Positions 17,834-28,059 of a DNA stretch of 64,000 bases are shown one piece after another. Source of the stretch: a virus. The DNA is taken from positions 36,343 through 100,342 of IMG/VR virus record IMGVR_UViG_3300020219_000012; one strand, written 5' to 3'. Below the pieces are notes generated by a model that worked only from the letters and a program-made list of their open reading frames with translations, was not told the DNA's origin and made no database searches. Each line of letters begins with the position of its first letter. Within the stretch, counting starts at the first letter, position 1. Position numbers and translations under genes: made by a program.

Positions 17834-18298
17834 TTATGCCAGCAAAGAGGCGTCGATCGGCGTGCCGCGGGGCAGCTCGTCGATGACGGTCGGGTCAAGG
17901 AACTCAACATCCGCAAGGCCGCGGTCATCGACAACATCCCGGAACCGCAACGAGAACTCGATGTTCACGGTTGACGAGTGTCCGTTCGGGTGACAGACCC
18001 CGAGCCTGCAGCGCCCACTGGCCTCGTAGGTCTGGGCCTCACCGGCCTTGCCGCCTGTCGAGCTCGGCTGGGTCAGGACCTGGATCTTGTTGTTGGCGAT
18101 GAAGTAGCGGCAGCCACTGGGATGGCCGTCGCTCATCTTGGTGAGCGCCTTGCGCAGCGCACAGATCATCTTCTCGTTCGGCGTCAGCGTGGCCACGCGC
18201 TTCGCCTTGCGATCAAGGCGATGGTTGACGGTCGCCGGGATGATGTTGCTGGTCGGCGCCTTGCGTTGGGCGGCGAACATTTCTTTGCGGATATGCAT
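17834..18298 (-). CDS. Hypothetical protein
   Basis: 154-aa ORF. Confidence 0.55.
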   Translation of the reverse strand: MHIRKEMFAAQRKAPTSNIIPATVNHRLDRKAKRVATLTPNEKMICALRKALTKMSDGHPSGCRYFIANNKIQVLTQPSSTGGKAGEAQTYEASGRCRLGVCHPNGHSSTVNIEFSLRFRDVVDDRGLADVEFLDPTVIDELPRGTPIDASLLA

Positions 18299-18302
18299 TG
18301 GC

Positions 18303-19478
18303 CTACTCTACCTCGCTTTCATCATCCTCAGCATCCCCCAGCCGATAGCCACGGAACTCGGTCTTGACCTTGGTCTTCTGGATCTGGGCGATGTCGGATT
18401 CGAGTCCCGGGTTGGCCCGAGTCGCGACCTTGAGGAACTTCTTGAGCTTGCGGGAGTCTATGCTGGCCACCTCCTGGATTTCATGGCCGTACTCCATCAG
18501 GACATCAAGCAGCTCCTGCATGTCCCAGACTGCCGACGCCTTGGATCGGTACCCCCAGCACCACTTGTCGCCGATAACGACGGAGTCGTTCTCTTTGACG
18601 TAGGCCTTGAGGCGGGCCTTGAGCTCCTTGCTGAGGGCGTCCATGACAGTGATCCGCTGGGCGGCGTCGATGGCCTGGTCTTGGCTGATGACCTGGGTGT
18701 TTGTGACACTCAGATCCTGCGACAGCGGGCAGTGCTGGATGACATCGCAGTACTGGCAGTGCTTGCCGGGGATCGGATCCCAGTTCGAGATCTCCAGGAT
18801 CTTCTGCTCCTTGAGCATCAGCGTCTGCTCAAAGAGCTGAAGGTCTTTGACGGTCCTCTTGGTCTCCGCGTAGAAGCCGTACCGCAGGTACCAGATCCTG
18901 GCCGTGTACTCCTCGATGTGAGGATACAGCTTGGATGCCAGCCAGCAGTACATGGTCAGCTGCTCATGGGCGTCCAGCTCGGCCTGGGTCATGACATGCG
19001 GCTGGCTCTTCCAGTCCGTGACCGTGCAGTGCTTCTTGTTAACATCAACGACGTCAAGAATGCCGCGGTAACTGGCGTTGTCCCACTCGGTATCATCGAA
19101 CGCCTCATCGAGGGCGACCTTCTCCTCCACGCCGTAGATGTGCTTTGAGATCTGATATCGCTCCGCCCACAGCCGAACCCAGGACATGATTTCGCCGATC
19201 TCGGCGAGGATGGTGTGCGGGGTGTGGCTGGCTACCGCGTCGGAGATCTGGTCCAGCGACAGGCTGCTGGGCTGGATCTGCGCCTCCTGGCAAAGGGAGA
19301 TGAGCTCCGCGATCGCCTCGTGACAGGCGGACCCGCGCTCGGCGGCTACTCGGATATAGCGATCGTCGACCTTGTCGATGTAGTGGAGTTTCAGATACCT
19401 GGGACAAGCGGCGTTGGTCAGAAAAGAGGGTGAAAGTTTCAGGGACAGTTCCTGCCCCAGGACCTTCAGCTTCTTCAT
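18303..19478 (-). CDS. RecB-family PD-(D/E)XK exonuclease
   Basis: LSPS..CPR, GSACH, RGILD, TDWKS, QLTMY and CQYC motifs. Confidence 0.85.
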   Translation of the reverse strand: MKKLKVLGQELSLKLSPSFLTNAACPRYLKLHYIDKVDDRYIRVAAERGSACHEAIAELISLCQEAQIQPSSLSLDQISDAVASHTPHTILAEIGEIMSWVRLWAERYQISKHIYGVEEKVALDEAFDDTEWDNASYRGILDVVDVNKKHCTVTDWKSQPHVMTQAELDAHEQLTMYCWLASKLYPHIEEYTARIWYLRYGFYAETKRTVKDLQLFEQTLMLKEQKILEISNWDPIPGKHCQYCDVIQHCPLSQDLSVTNTQVISQDQAIDAAQRITVMDALSKELKARLKAYVKENDSVVIGDKWCWGYRSKASAVWDMQELLDVLMEYGHEIQEVASIDSRKLKKFLKVATRANPGLESDIAQIQKTKVKTEFRGYRLGDAEDDESEVE

Positions 19479-20482
19479 TGCGTGACTTCAGTCCCCGGCG
19501 GTAGCGCCGTCGTAACGGACTGGGTGACGGCCGCCGCCTTCGCAGCAGACTTGGCCCTCGCCGACTCCTCCTCCTTGACCTTGCCCTCGAGGATCTCGAT
19601 CAGCTTGGCGTCGACCGCGTACTTCTTGAGAGAGGCCAGGCGCTTTGCTTCTGGTGCGCCGAGCTTGTCGAACAACTCCTTGATGCGCGGGGTCGCCAGG
19701 CGCTCGCGCTCGAGCGGCGTGGGACCGTCTTCGCCTTCCGCGGCAACCTGCGCCAGGGGCTGGCGCATCACCTCAGGCTCGTTGGTGCCGTCCGTGAGCC
19801 AGTCGCGCAGGACCTTGGCGACCTGGGCACCCGGCTTCTCGATGTACTGACCGTCCAGATCGGAGCAGCGTGTCTTGGTGATCGACAGCGCATGGTCATT
19901 GTTCATGTCGCCGACGACATCGAACTCGTACTCAAGGCCATCCCGCTGAACCGGAGCCAGACCAATCTTCTTGGGAGCCGTCTTGCCAGTGCGCTCGTCC
20001 TTCTCCAGGACGTACTCGGTCTTGGTCCTCATCGTGGCGATGACGTGAGCGCTGGAGCGAAGGACGCCCTCCACCATGCTGTTGTGCTGCGGGGTAACGT
20101 CCCGCCAGGCGTTGAAGGAGCTGCCACTGTTCGAGCGCTTGGCCGAACGATCCACCTGCTCCAGGGCGCCATCCTTGCCGGTCCAGGCGTGCGACAGGGA
20201 GTCGATGACGATCACGTCATAGCCTGCCGCGTCAGCCGCCGAGATCGCCTCGACGTACTTGGCCGGAGCGAAGCTGGCGAGCTCGAGGACATCGAACTCA
20301 AACTTGCCAGCGTACTTGGAGGCCGAGCCGCGCTCCGTGTCGATGACGGCAACCCGGCCGCCGGGCACGAGGTTGCAGGCGATTGCCAAGGCGGAGTAGG
20401 TCTTGCCGCTGCCCGCGGGGCCGATGAGGGCGATGCGCAGGCGGGCCTGCTTCTTGGTGGCCTTAACGAAATTCAAGCTCAT
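19475..20482 (-). CDS. AAA-family ATPase (Sak4-like recombination protein)
   Basis: GPAGSGKT, VIDTERGS, IDSLSHAW and EYEFD; adjacent to the exonuclease. Confidence 0.85.
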   Translation of the reverse strand: MSLNFVKATKKQARLRIALIGPAGSGKTYSALAIACNLVPGGRVAVIDTERGSASKYAGKFEFDVLELASFAPAKYVEAISAADAAGYDVIVIDSLSHAWTGKDGALEQVDRSAKRSNSGSSFNAWRDVTPQHNSMVEGVLRSSAHVIATMRTKTEYVLEKDERTGKTAPKKIGLAPVQRDGLEYEFDVVGDMNNDHALSITKTRCSDLDGQYIEKPGAQVAKVLRDWLTDGTNEPEVMRQPLAQVAAEGEDGPTPLERERLATPRIKELFDKLGAPEAKRLASLKKYAVDAKLIEILEGKVKEEESARAKSAAKAAAVTQSVTTALPPGTEVTQ

Positions 20483-20947
20483 GAGTCAGATCCTTTACCG
20501 GAGTGATGCCGGGGTGAAACGAACAGGGGCGCCAGCAACATGCCGCGCCCCGTCTGTCCTAAGAACCTTATGCCGGCGGTCTGTCACTGGGCAGCGATTG
20601 ACGCCTCCAGCTGAGCGATCTCCTCCGTCAGGGCCGTCGCCTCCGTCGCCTCGGAGGCCGTCTTCTCCAGGACGCCATCGAGGGTCGCCAGACGAGATCT
20701 GGCAATCAGCAGGGCGTCCTCCTGGGCGCCCCTGACGCTCTCCACCCCGTACTTCTCAATCACGAGCGCGTGTCCTGAATCTCCCTGGAGGGCTGGAAGA
20801 TGCCGAGCTTGCCGAACCAGGCGGACACCACCTTCGTCACGTTGAGGCCACCAACCACCTCGCCGTAGTGAGTGATCTCCATGACGACATCGCCGTTGGA
20901 CTTGATGGTCGGAGTGACCTGCGGGAGATCGAGCTTTTGCGGGTTGT

Positions 20948-21262
20948 TCATTTTCTGTATCCCCTTCCCTTTGCCATGAATCGCCTGTTCGGGTTCAACG
21001 GGTCGTAGCGCCCTTCTCGTGCTGCGTCCCTGTTTGCCGACGCGCCATGATCGAGGGCGCCGGCTGGATTGCTGTGAGAGATGATGTGAACCGCCTTGAG
21101 CATGCAGGGGACGTCGAAGACGTCAGGCTCGGCGTCGGTGCCATGATCGAGCGCCAGGCGTGGGACCATGCTCTCGCACGGCACCGGGTCGTTGACCTCT
21201 GCCATGGGGACGATCTTCTCGAAAACGTGCCCGTGCGGACATTCGAAATCGTAAAGCGGCAT
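20948..21262 (-). CDS. FmdB-family Zn-ribbon protein
   Basis: MPLYDFECPHGHVFE. Confidence 0.65.
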   Translation of the reverse strand: MPLYDFECPHGHVFEKIVPMAEVNDPVPCESMVPRLALDHGTDAEPDVFDVPCMLKAVHIISHSNPAGALDHGASANRDAAREGRYDPLNPNRRFMAKGRGYRK

Positions 21263-21447
21263 CAGCGAACCTTCTTGATCTTGAAGAGGTCTAGTCGGGC
21301 GTCCAGGGCATCCTGGACGAATCCCGAGAAGGTCATCCCGTTGTTGCTTTCGAGGAAGCTCTCGACTCGCTGCACTGTGTCAGCCGGAAGGCTGACGGTC
21401 TTACGAGCAAAGCCTCCTGCGTAGCCGAGGCTGCGGTGACGACCCAT
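21262..21447 (-). CDS. Ribbon-helix-helix protein
   Basis: RKTVSLP..FSGFVQDAL. Confidence 0.55.
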   Translation of the reverse strand: MGRHRSLGYAGGFARKTVSLPADTVQRVESFLESNNGMTFSGFVQDALDARLDLFKIKKVR

Positions 21448-21809
21448 TTAGACGTCCCAGCCCTTGCCGCGAGCCACGCGCTTGGATGCGTAGAACCGGA
21501 GCATCTTGTCGCCCATCTGCTGGCCCACGTCGTAGGCCTTCTCAGCGAGCGCGTTGCGGACCTGGTAGCTCGGATGCTCGGCCCGGAAGGAGATAAAAAA
21601 CCGGGGCGGCACGCCGTTGGCGCTGACGTGCACGCCAGTAGCGGTGCAGCCCATGGACTCAATCTCCGCCTTCTGCTCGATGATGAGGGTGGTCAGTGCA
21701 TCGTCGACCACGAGCTCGGCGTCGCTGGTGAGGGGTAGGCCGGCAATCCTTGGCTCCATGGAAAGTATGAGTACTTCGTAAGACGGTCTTAAGTCAACGG
21801 CGTTGAGGC

Positions 21810-21838
21810 AAAAAAAATAGGCCCCGGTCAAGGGGCCT
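21810..21838 (-). terminator. Intrinsic terminator
   Basis: AGGCCCC-TTGACC-GGGGCCT followed by ATTTTTTTT. Confidence 0.75.
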
Positions 21839-21861
21839 GCTTTTCCGATGGGGCTGGAGGG

Positions 21862-22005
21862 TTACTCCGCGTCCGCCTTCTCGTCGTCGGAGTCGTCGCC
21901 GGACTCCTCGGACTCCTCGTCCTCGTCCTCGTCTTCGTCCTCGGACTCAGACTCCGCCTCGGGCTCGTCCTTCTCGGTCTCGGTCTCGGTCTCGTCGTCG
22001 GGCAT
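21862..22005 (-). CDS. 47-aa hyper-acidic protein (30 of 47 residues D/E); absent from the ORF track
   Basis: GAGGAG RBS; MPDDETETETEKDEPEAESESEDEDEDEDEESEESGDDSDDEKADAE; followed by a terminator. Confidence 0.65.
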   Translation of the reverse strand: MPDDETETETEKDEPEAESESEDEDEDEDEESEESGDDSDDEKADAE

Positions 22006-22014
22006 GGTATCTCC

Positions 22015-22407
22015 TCAGGGTTTCGCGGAAGCCGAAGTGGCGTCCTTGGTTGCGGTCTTCGGCTTGGAAGCCGTACTGCCGGGATTATCACCGAGGTTTG
22101 CCTTGGCGTCATCCCCCTTTGCCTCGTCCTTCGGGACGTCGTCCAGACGAATCTGGCTGAGCAGTGCCTGGACTCGGGTGACGCACTTCGCGCAGAGGTC
22201 GACGAAGTGGATCTTGGTGGTGTCAGTGAGGAGGGACCCCTCGACGTAGACCCTGGGGGCGGTCGGGGTTGCGACCAGTCCGCCGTTGAACGCGGCGGTC
22301 CCGAGGGCTGCCGGGGCGGAGGGCTCATCGGATGGAGGCTGCGAATCCCCCTCGATGACCTTGTCGCAGCGATCGCAGATGATCTGAGTGACTTTCTTAA
22401 CGGCCAT
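22015..22407 (-). CDS. Lsr2-N-terminal-like Zn-binding protein
   Basis: MAVKKVTQIICDRC..FVDLCAKC..ALL resembles the Lsr2 dimerisation domain. Confidence 0.5.
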   Translation of the reverse strand: MAVKKVTQIICDRCDKVIEGDSQPPSDEPSAPAALGTAAFNGGLVATPTAPRVYVEGSLLTDTTKIHFVDLCAKCVTRVQALLSQIRLDDVPKDEAKGDDAKANLGDNPGSTASKPKTATKDATSASAKP

Positions 22408-22588
22408 TTTTCTTTCCTCGAATCGGTTGCGGTGTGTTGTCCCAGACGTAAACGATCTGGGTGTCGCACTGTCGACATAGCGTGTTCGACAGGGCTGTAT
22501 TTTCTACGCGCCCCCCGCGGGCGTCGCGGCACTCGTGGGGGACGGGGAGGAAGGGGCGGATGCTAGTACGCAGGACCCTGGGCATGAC

Positions 22589-23080
22589 TCAGTCTGGCAC
22601 AGGGCCGAGCATCATCAGAGAGTCGAACTCCGCTAGCGCCGGTGGCGTTAGGTAGACCAAGCCGCCATGCAGACGGCAAATGCTCTCGGATGCTGGGAAT
22701 GATCTCTTGCTCCAGAGCTCGCGCAGGCGCTTGAGTCGCCCCTCCTTCAGGTTGTGCTGATAGAAGGCCAGGCAGCGCAGGAAGCCATCGAGATAGGCCT
22801 CTCGATAGACCTTGGCAAAGTAGGCAGTGACTTTCGCGTTGGGATCGCTGGTGAGCGCCTCGGTGGCCGCACGACCGGACTGCGCCGCCGCCTCGGCCAT
22901 GTCCTTGGCTTGCGCCTCGAACGCCTCGGGGAACTGAAGGGCTGAGCCGTTGACCGTGATCTGCCCACAGGATCGGCAGACCAGCGGCAACTCGGCATCG
23001 TTGACGGCTCGCTTGCTGGACGCCGGCGTGGCTAAAAACTGGAACAGGCGGTCAGAGCCGCACCGGCCACAGCTCTGCAC
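22589..23080 (-). CDS. Zn-ribbon hypothetical protein
   Basis: CGRC..CRSC. Confidence 0.5.
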   Translation of the reverse strand: MQSCGRCGSDRLFQFLATPASSKRAVNDAELPLVCRSCGQITVNGSALQFPEAFEAQAKDMAEAAAQSGRAATEALTSDPNAKVTAYFAKVYREAYLDGFLRCLAFYQHNLKEGRLKRLRELWSKRSFPASESICRLHGGLVYLTPPALAEFDSLMMLGPVPD

Positions 23081-23082
23081 GG

Positions 23083-23286
23083 TCAGCTCCGCGGCCCTGC
23101 CGCCAGAGTCACCTCATCCCGAGCGACCTTCTCTTCGAGGGCCGCCAGGGCATAGGACATCAGAGACACCTTCTTCATCACGCAGAGCATCTTCACGCGC
23201 GTGTGGAAGCTCTCAGGGACCTCGACATGGAGGTTCTTGACCTTCTCCACGTCCTTGACATCAGATGCCTCTTTGTCGTTAGCCAT
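23083..23286 (-). CDS. Ribbon-helix-helix protein
   Basis: KNLHVEVPESFHTRVK..SLMSY. Confidence 0.6.
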   Translation of the reverse strand: MANDKEASDVKDVEKVKNLHVEVPESFHTRVKMLCVMKKVSLMSYALAALEEKVARDEVTLAAGPRS

Positions 23287-23447
23287 GGTTAGTGGGTATC
23301 ATCGAATCAGGGTTCAGTCAACACCGCCAGGCAGCCAACATCAGAGTCAGAAAGCCGAACAGGACGATGAATGTCCCGTCCGACGTCAGCGGCCAGCGCG
23401 GCATCCGCCGTTCCTGGCGATTGCCTTCGATCATAGATCTCCTCGGC

Positions 23448-24053
23448 CTAGAGGCCGACGTGGGTCAGGACTTGATCAATGAGGGATTCGGGCGTGTTGG
23501 TGCCGTCGAGCAGGGTTGCCTTGTACGTCTTCGCCAGCGCCAGGTAGCGCTGCCTCAGCTCCTCGACCTTCTCGATCTTGTCGCTCTCGAAGACGACATC
23601 CTTGTACTTCTCGCGGCTCTTCATGCGGGACAGGCTGACTTCGGCCGGGATGTCGATGACGAACAGGTGGTCCGGCAGCAGGACGCCGTCTGCGGTCGCC
23701 GAGTCGTAGACCTGCTCGATCTGCTTAACTTCGTGATGGTCTGGCTGGAACACGCGGCCCGACAAGGTCGGGTGACGATCGCAGACCACGTGATGACCCA
23801 TGCGGAGACAGGCGCCGAGCTCGGCGTTGGCCTGCAGGCCGTCGGCGGCGAACAGGTAGAGGTATGCCTCCTGGGCGATCTTGACCTCCCCCCGCAGGCC
23901 TTTGCGAATGAGGGCGCCGACAGTGTTCTCGGACGGAAACCAGTACCGCAGGGAGTTAACCCCCTTGCCGGCCAGGCGCTGGCAGATCATGCGCGCCAGG
24001 GTGGTCTTTCCACCGCCGTCACCGCCCTCCAGGCAGATGTACTTTCCGGTCAT
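23448..24053 (-). CDS. tmk: Thymidylate kinase
   Basis: LEGGDGGGKTT, LFAAD, VVCDR and LPD motifs. Confidence 0.9.
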   Translation of the reverse strand: MTGKYICLEGGDGGGKTTLARMICQRLAGKGVNSLRYWFPSENTVGALIRKGLRGEVKIAQEAYLYLFAADGLQANAELGACLRMGHHVVCDRHPTLSGRVFQPDHHEVKQIEQVYDSATADGVLLPDHLFVIDIPAEVSLSRMKSREKYKDVVFESDKIEKVEELRQRYLALAKTYKATLLDGTNTPESLIDQVLTHVGL

Positions 24054-25082
24054 GGCGCCTCGATGAGCGAGCTGGCGAGGAGGGTGACTTGCTTGAGGGC
24101 GTCCGCCTGGTCATGCATAGCGTCAGCGACGCGCCGATGGTGGGTGGCCAGACTTTCGATAGCAGCAGCGGCAGCGGTCGCCTTAGCGGCATCCCAGGCG
24201 TCGATGGCCTCAGGGCTTGCGTTCGACTTCGACGGGCCGAGCAGTCGGTACGTGGCCCCCGTTGCTTCCAGCAGATCTTTTTGACTCACACCCAGGACGC
24301 GACTCCTGTCCTGATACAGCTTGTACGCCACCCTGAACCGGTCCGTCTGCTCGTCCGTTAACTGCTGCACCATCTTGCTCCTTGAGTCGTCGGGCCTCTC
24401 GATCCCGGCGAACTTTCTGTTCGTGGCCTGATTGCAAACGCTTCGCCCGGCCGTCGAGGGCACTGGCGATTGCTGTGTATTGATCCGGGAACTCCTCTAG
24501 CAGTTGGTCGACTACATCATCCAGCGCGGCGTCGATCGCTGAGGCGATCTGGCGCATGGCGCGCCCCTTGAGCATCGTCGTCTCCACGCCTGGATCGATC
24601 TTGAACAGGAACAGCTGCGGCGGCGGCGGCTCGTTGTTGTCATCTCCGTCCATCTGACTCCTCGTAGAGAACTCTGGCCTGCATCTCGGCACTTCGTGCC
24701 GAGCGAGCGAGCTTTTTCATTTTGTCGGTCTCGAATAGGCGTCGGTCATGAGCAGAGTCCGCCGACCGCTCCAGCATCCGTAACACAGTTGCCCGAGGTC
24801 CTTCCACACGAGACAGCTCCAACCGAAACATAAACCGCCGAGATTTCTCCAGGAGCAGAAGGCTGCGGACTCTATGGCGGGATGCGCGATACGATCCCCA
24901 AAAACTACTCGAACGGCGCATCTGAGCCTCGGCCCCCTTGGGCGCAGCGTAGTTGATGACTTGCCACTCCCCCATGCCCGGCCTCCTCTGGTTGACGGTT
25001 TGAATGGCTAGGTTGATACTCTCTGGCCTGGGCGCAGGGCGGAATCTCCCGCTTCTGCCATGAACTCTAGAAGGAGATCCCC

Positions 25083-25481
25083 ATGGCCCGCACGAAGCTC
25101 TCGATCAAAGAAACCCGCAATCTCACCAAGCTCAACCGCGCGATCTCCGTCGCCTCCAAGCTGGAGGACGCCGACGACTACTTCGACGCGATTGAGACCA
25201 CGGTCTACTCGGCGGCCGGCGCGATCGCCGTCACCGATGGACTGTCCGTCCTCACGGCCACCGGCGTCGCCCAGGCGATGACCCTGGCCGACGGCACCGT
25301 GGTTGGTCAGCAGATGGCCCTCATCATGCGCAGCACGACCACCGGCGGCAGCATGGTCGTCACTGGCACCTTCACGGGTGGCACGACCCTGACCTTCGAT
25401 GCGGTTAGCGAGCGCGCCAAGCTCATCTGGGTCGGCGCGGCCTGGACGCCGGTCCCCGGCTACAGCGCAACGCTTGCCTAG
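25083..25481 (+). CDS. Probable minor virion protein
   Basis: AAGGAG RBS; Thr/Gly beta-rich; TLADGT..GQ and C-terminal LIW..AAW. Confidence 0.6.
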   Translation: MARTKLSIKETRNLTKLNRAISVASKLEDADDYFDAIETTVYSAAGAIAVTDGLSVLTATGVAQAMTLADGTVVGQQMALIMRSTTTGGSMVVTGTFTGGTTLTFDAVSERAKLIWVGAAWTPVPGYSATLA

Positions 25482-25606
25482 CAAGTAGCTTGCCTGCCAT
25501 GTGCAGGTGGAGTATCGGGGTCCGTCATCGCAAGGTGGCGGGCCCTAGCCCTTTCTGCATTGTCCTTATGCCAGCGGCGTCGACGACGACGTGACAGAAT
25601 CCGACT

Positions 25607-26203
25607 ATGTCAACTCTCGACCGCTACGCCGTCCTCAGCCTGCAGGTCAAGGACAGGTATCCGCGATTCTCCGTGGTCGAGCGGGATAAGTCCTGGCTCC
25701 GCCCCATCTTCTGGCTGCTCCAGAAGATCACCCGGCAGGACTACTCCGGCTTCACCACCACCATCTTCTCCACCATGTACGTCGGATCGGACTGGGCCAC
25801 CAGCTCGACCACGTCACGCTACCGGCTGCTTCGTCACGAGATGCAGCACATCAAGCAGTTCCACAACTGGCCCCTGGGCAGGCGGGCCTGGCCGGTAAAC
25901 CACCTCCTGATGTCGCTGGTCTACCTGCTCCTGCTTCCGGTGATCTGGACTCTGCGGGCCAAGTTCGAGCGAGAGGGCTACACCCAGACCCTGCTGGTCG
26001 AGTACGAGCTCACCGGCCCCATTGCGGATACCCGGATGGAGGAGAACGCCCGCTGGCTGGCAGAGACGTTCGGAGGCTCCGCGTACCTGTACATGTGGAG
26101 GAAGAAGGCTGCTTACGCCTGGGCGATGGAAACCCAGCGCAAGATCAACGCGGGGGAGATTCGGAACCAGCAGGATCGGGTAGAGGTACCCCGAGCTGCA
26201 TAG
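25607..26203 (+). CDS. Zn metallopeptidase-like membrane protein
   Basis: LLRHEMQH (HExxH), a hydrophobic helix and a downstream FEREGY. Confidence 0.7.
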   Translation: MSTLDRYAVLSLQVKDRYPRFSVVERDKSWLRPIFWLLQKITRQDYSGFTTTIFSTMYVGSDWATSSTTSRYRLLRHEMQHIKQFHNWPLGRRAWPVNHLLMSLVYLLLLPVIWTLRAKFEREGYTQTLLVEYELTGPIADTRMEENARWLAETFGGSAYLYMWRKKAAYAWAMETQRKINAGEIRNQQDRVEVPRAA

Positions 26204-27029
26204 CCAGGTCGCGTAACATCATGAACCGCTCGGCCACCCAGTCCGGGGAGGCTTCCCCGATAGCCGGGATACACAGCATGGTCCTGATCGTGGCCAGGCA
26301 CCTCCTGGACAGATCCTTGAATCTCTCGGCATCGTGTCTGGCCTGCCACAGCGGAGACCAATCGCCCATGGCGATATAACGGCGACCGACCTCCATCGCC
26401 AACTCGCCACAGGGATCCTTCTCGGTCGCCATCTTGGTGAGGATGTCCAGGTAGCGCGTGGAGACCTCGAAGGACAAGGTCGCGGCAGCCTCCCGCTGGC
26501 GACGAAGTGCGGCTTGAAGAGCGTGGCAGCAGTCAATGAGCGCCGGGTGGCGTACGCCATCCTCGAGAGTCAGGCCGCAGCTACAGCTGATCACGGGAGT
26601 ACCGGGACCGGCCGTAGGTTCTTGTCGAAGCCGACTTGCCCCAGCATGGACTCCATGCTGCGGCAGGCGCCGCGGGAGCAGTCTCGCCAGTTGGCCGGGG
26701 ACGTCTCCCCGGCCACGTCTTGGTGATGGGCCTGGTGGACTGTCTGGGCAATCCAGCACATGTTCTTGGCGGCCAATCGCAGCAAGTGCGACGAGCCCTT
26801 CTCTTCTGGCATGGGGTCCTTTAATTTGTGCGACGGTGGAAGATCCGATAGACGCTCTCGCCCAGGCGCCGGCACTCCACCTGACTGGAGACGTACAGGC
26901 CCTCCAGAACCATCCGAACCTGGTCCGCAGCAAGGCCTGTAGCTTGCGCCACGGCCGCCGCCGTCACACCATTGGCGTGATTGCGGAGGGCGCCTAGCAC
27001 CTGGTTCTGAATTGACACATTCGACACGG

Positions 27030-27767
27030 TCACGTGTTTTCCCCTGTCGGCACCCCAGCAGTCAAGGTACCTGTCGCTGAACTGACATCGAGCAGACGGC
27101 TTCTCGCCAAGTCGACGGCGACGGGAGACAGGTCGTTGCCGGCGAAGGTGCGTCCATTCCGGAGGGCGGCCACGCCGCACGAGCCTGACCCCATGAAGGG
27201 GTCGCAGACCAGCTCACCCGGAGCCGAACTCTGCTTGATCAGCACCTCATTGACCGCTACCGGCTTCTCGGTCGGATAGCCGTTGCGAACGCGGGGCACC
27301 TTGATGACGTCGGCCACGCCGAGGTTGTTAAGTCTTCGCTTGCCCTTCTCGAAGAACAAGATGAGCTCGTATCGGCACCGGTAGTGGTAGCCCATCCCAA
27401 TCCCCATCTTGTCCCACACGATCGGCTTCCAGAACTTGAAGCCCACCGCCTCGGCCAACGGCTTGGCGACGAACATCGTTTCCTGATCACAGAACATGTA
27501 GAAGTGGGCGTTCTTCTGGAGGGCCGCGTAGACCAACACGAATAGCTCGGTGAACCGGGAATTCGGGAAGATCTCGAACCAGTCATTGCTCGATGACTTG
27601 CTGTGCTTGAGGCGGGTCGTGGTCCCCCGCTTGCGGTGCTTCTCCAGCGACTCATAGGGCGGGTCGGTGATGAGCAGATCGACGCTGCCATCCGGGATGG
27701 ACCGCAGGTAATCGGCCGCGTCGCCCTGGCCAAGATTGAAATCGGTCACGGTCGACTGACTCCCCAT
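27030..27767 (-). CDS. DNA methyltransferase (N4-C/N6-A, beta class)
   Basis: TDPPY..PTEKP..DPFMGSG. Confidence 0.9.
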   Translation of the reverse strand: MGSQSTVTDFNLGQGDAADYLRSIPDGSVDLLITDPPYESLEKHRKRGTTTRLKHSKSSSNDWFEIFPNSRFTELFVLVYAALQKNAHFYMFCDQETMFVAKPLAEAVGFKFWKPIVWDKMGIGMGYHYRCRYELILFFEKGKRRLNNLGVADVIKVPRVRNGYPTEKPVAVNEVLIKQSSAPGELVCDPFMGSGSCGVAALRNGRTFAGNDLSPVAVDLARSRLLDVSSATGTLTAGVPTGENT

Positions 27768-28059
27768 TTGACCATCCTGGCAAACTGACGATCGATCTCG
27801 TCCGAGTCCCGCCCGGCCCTCATCGCGGCCAGCAGGGTGAGGAAGTACGTTTCTGGATCCATGTTTCCCTCGTAGGCGTCGTCCGTCTCATGCGGCTCGA
27901 ACTGGGCTTCCGGGATCGACCAAAGATCGATATCCAGAAACCTCATGCACAGCTCGTCAACTCGAACCAGCCATTCCGAAAAGAGCGGGTTGCCGTGAGA
28001 CATCCCGCGCAGATTGTCGTGATTGAGCAATGGCCACCTTCCTTGTATTCCTTATGCCG

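Noticed and set aside
18303-19478. Cas4 partner for the RAMP-like gene
   Set aside because: It lies 37 kb away and is coupled to a Sak4-like ATPase, the usual phage recombination pair.
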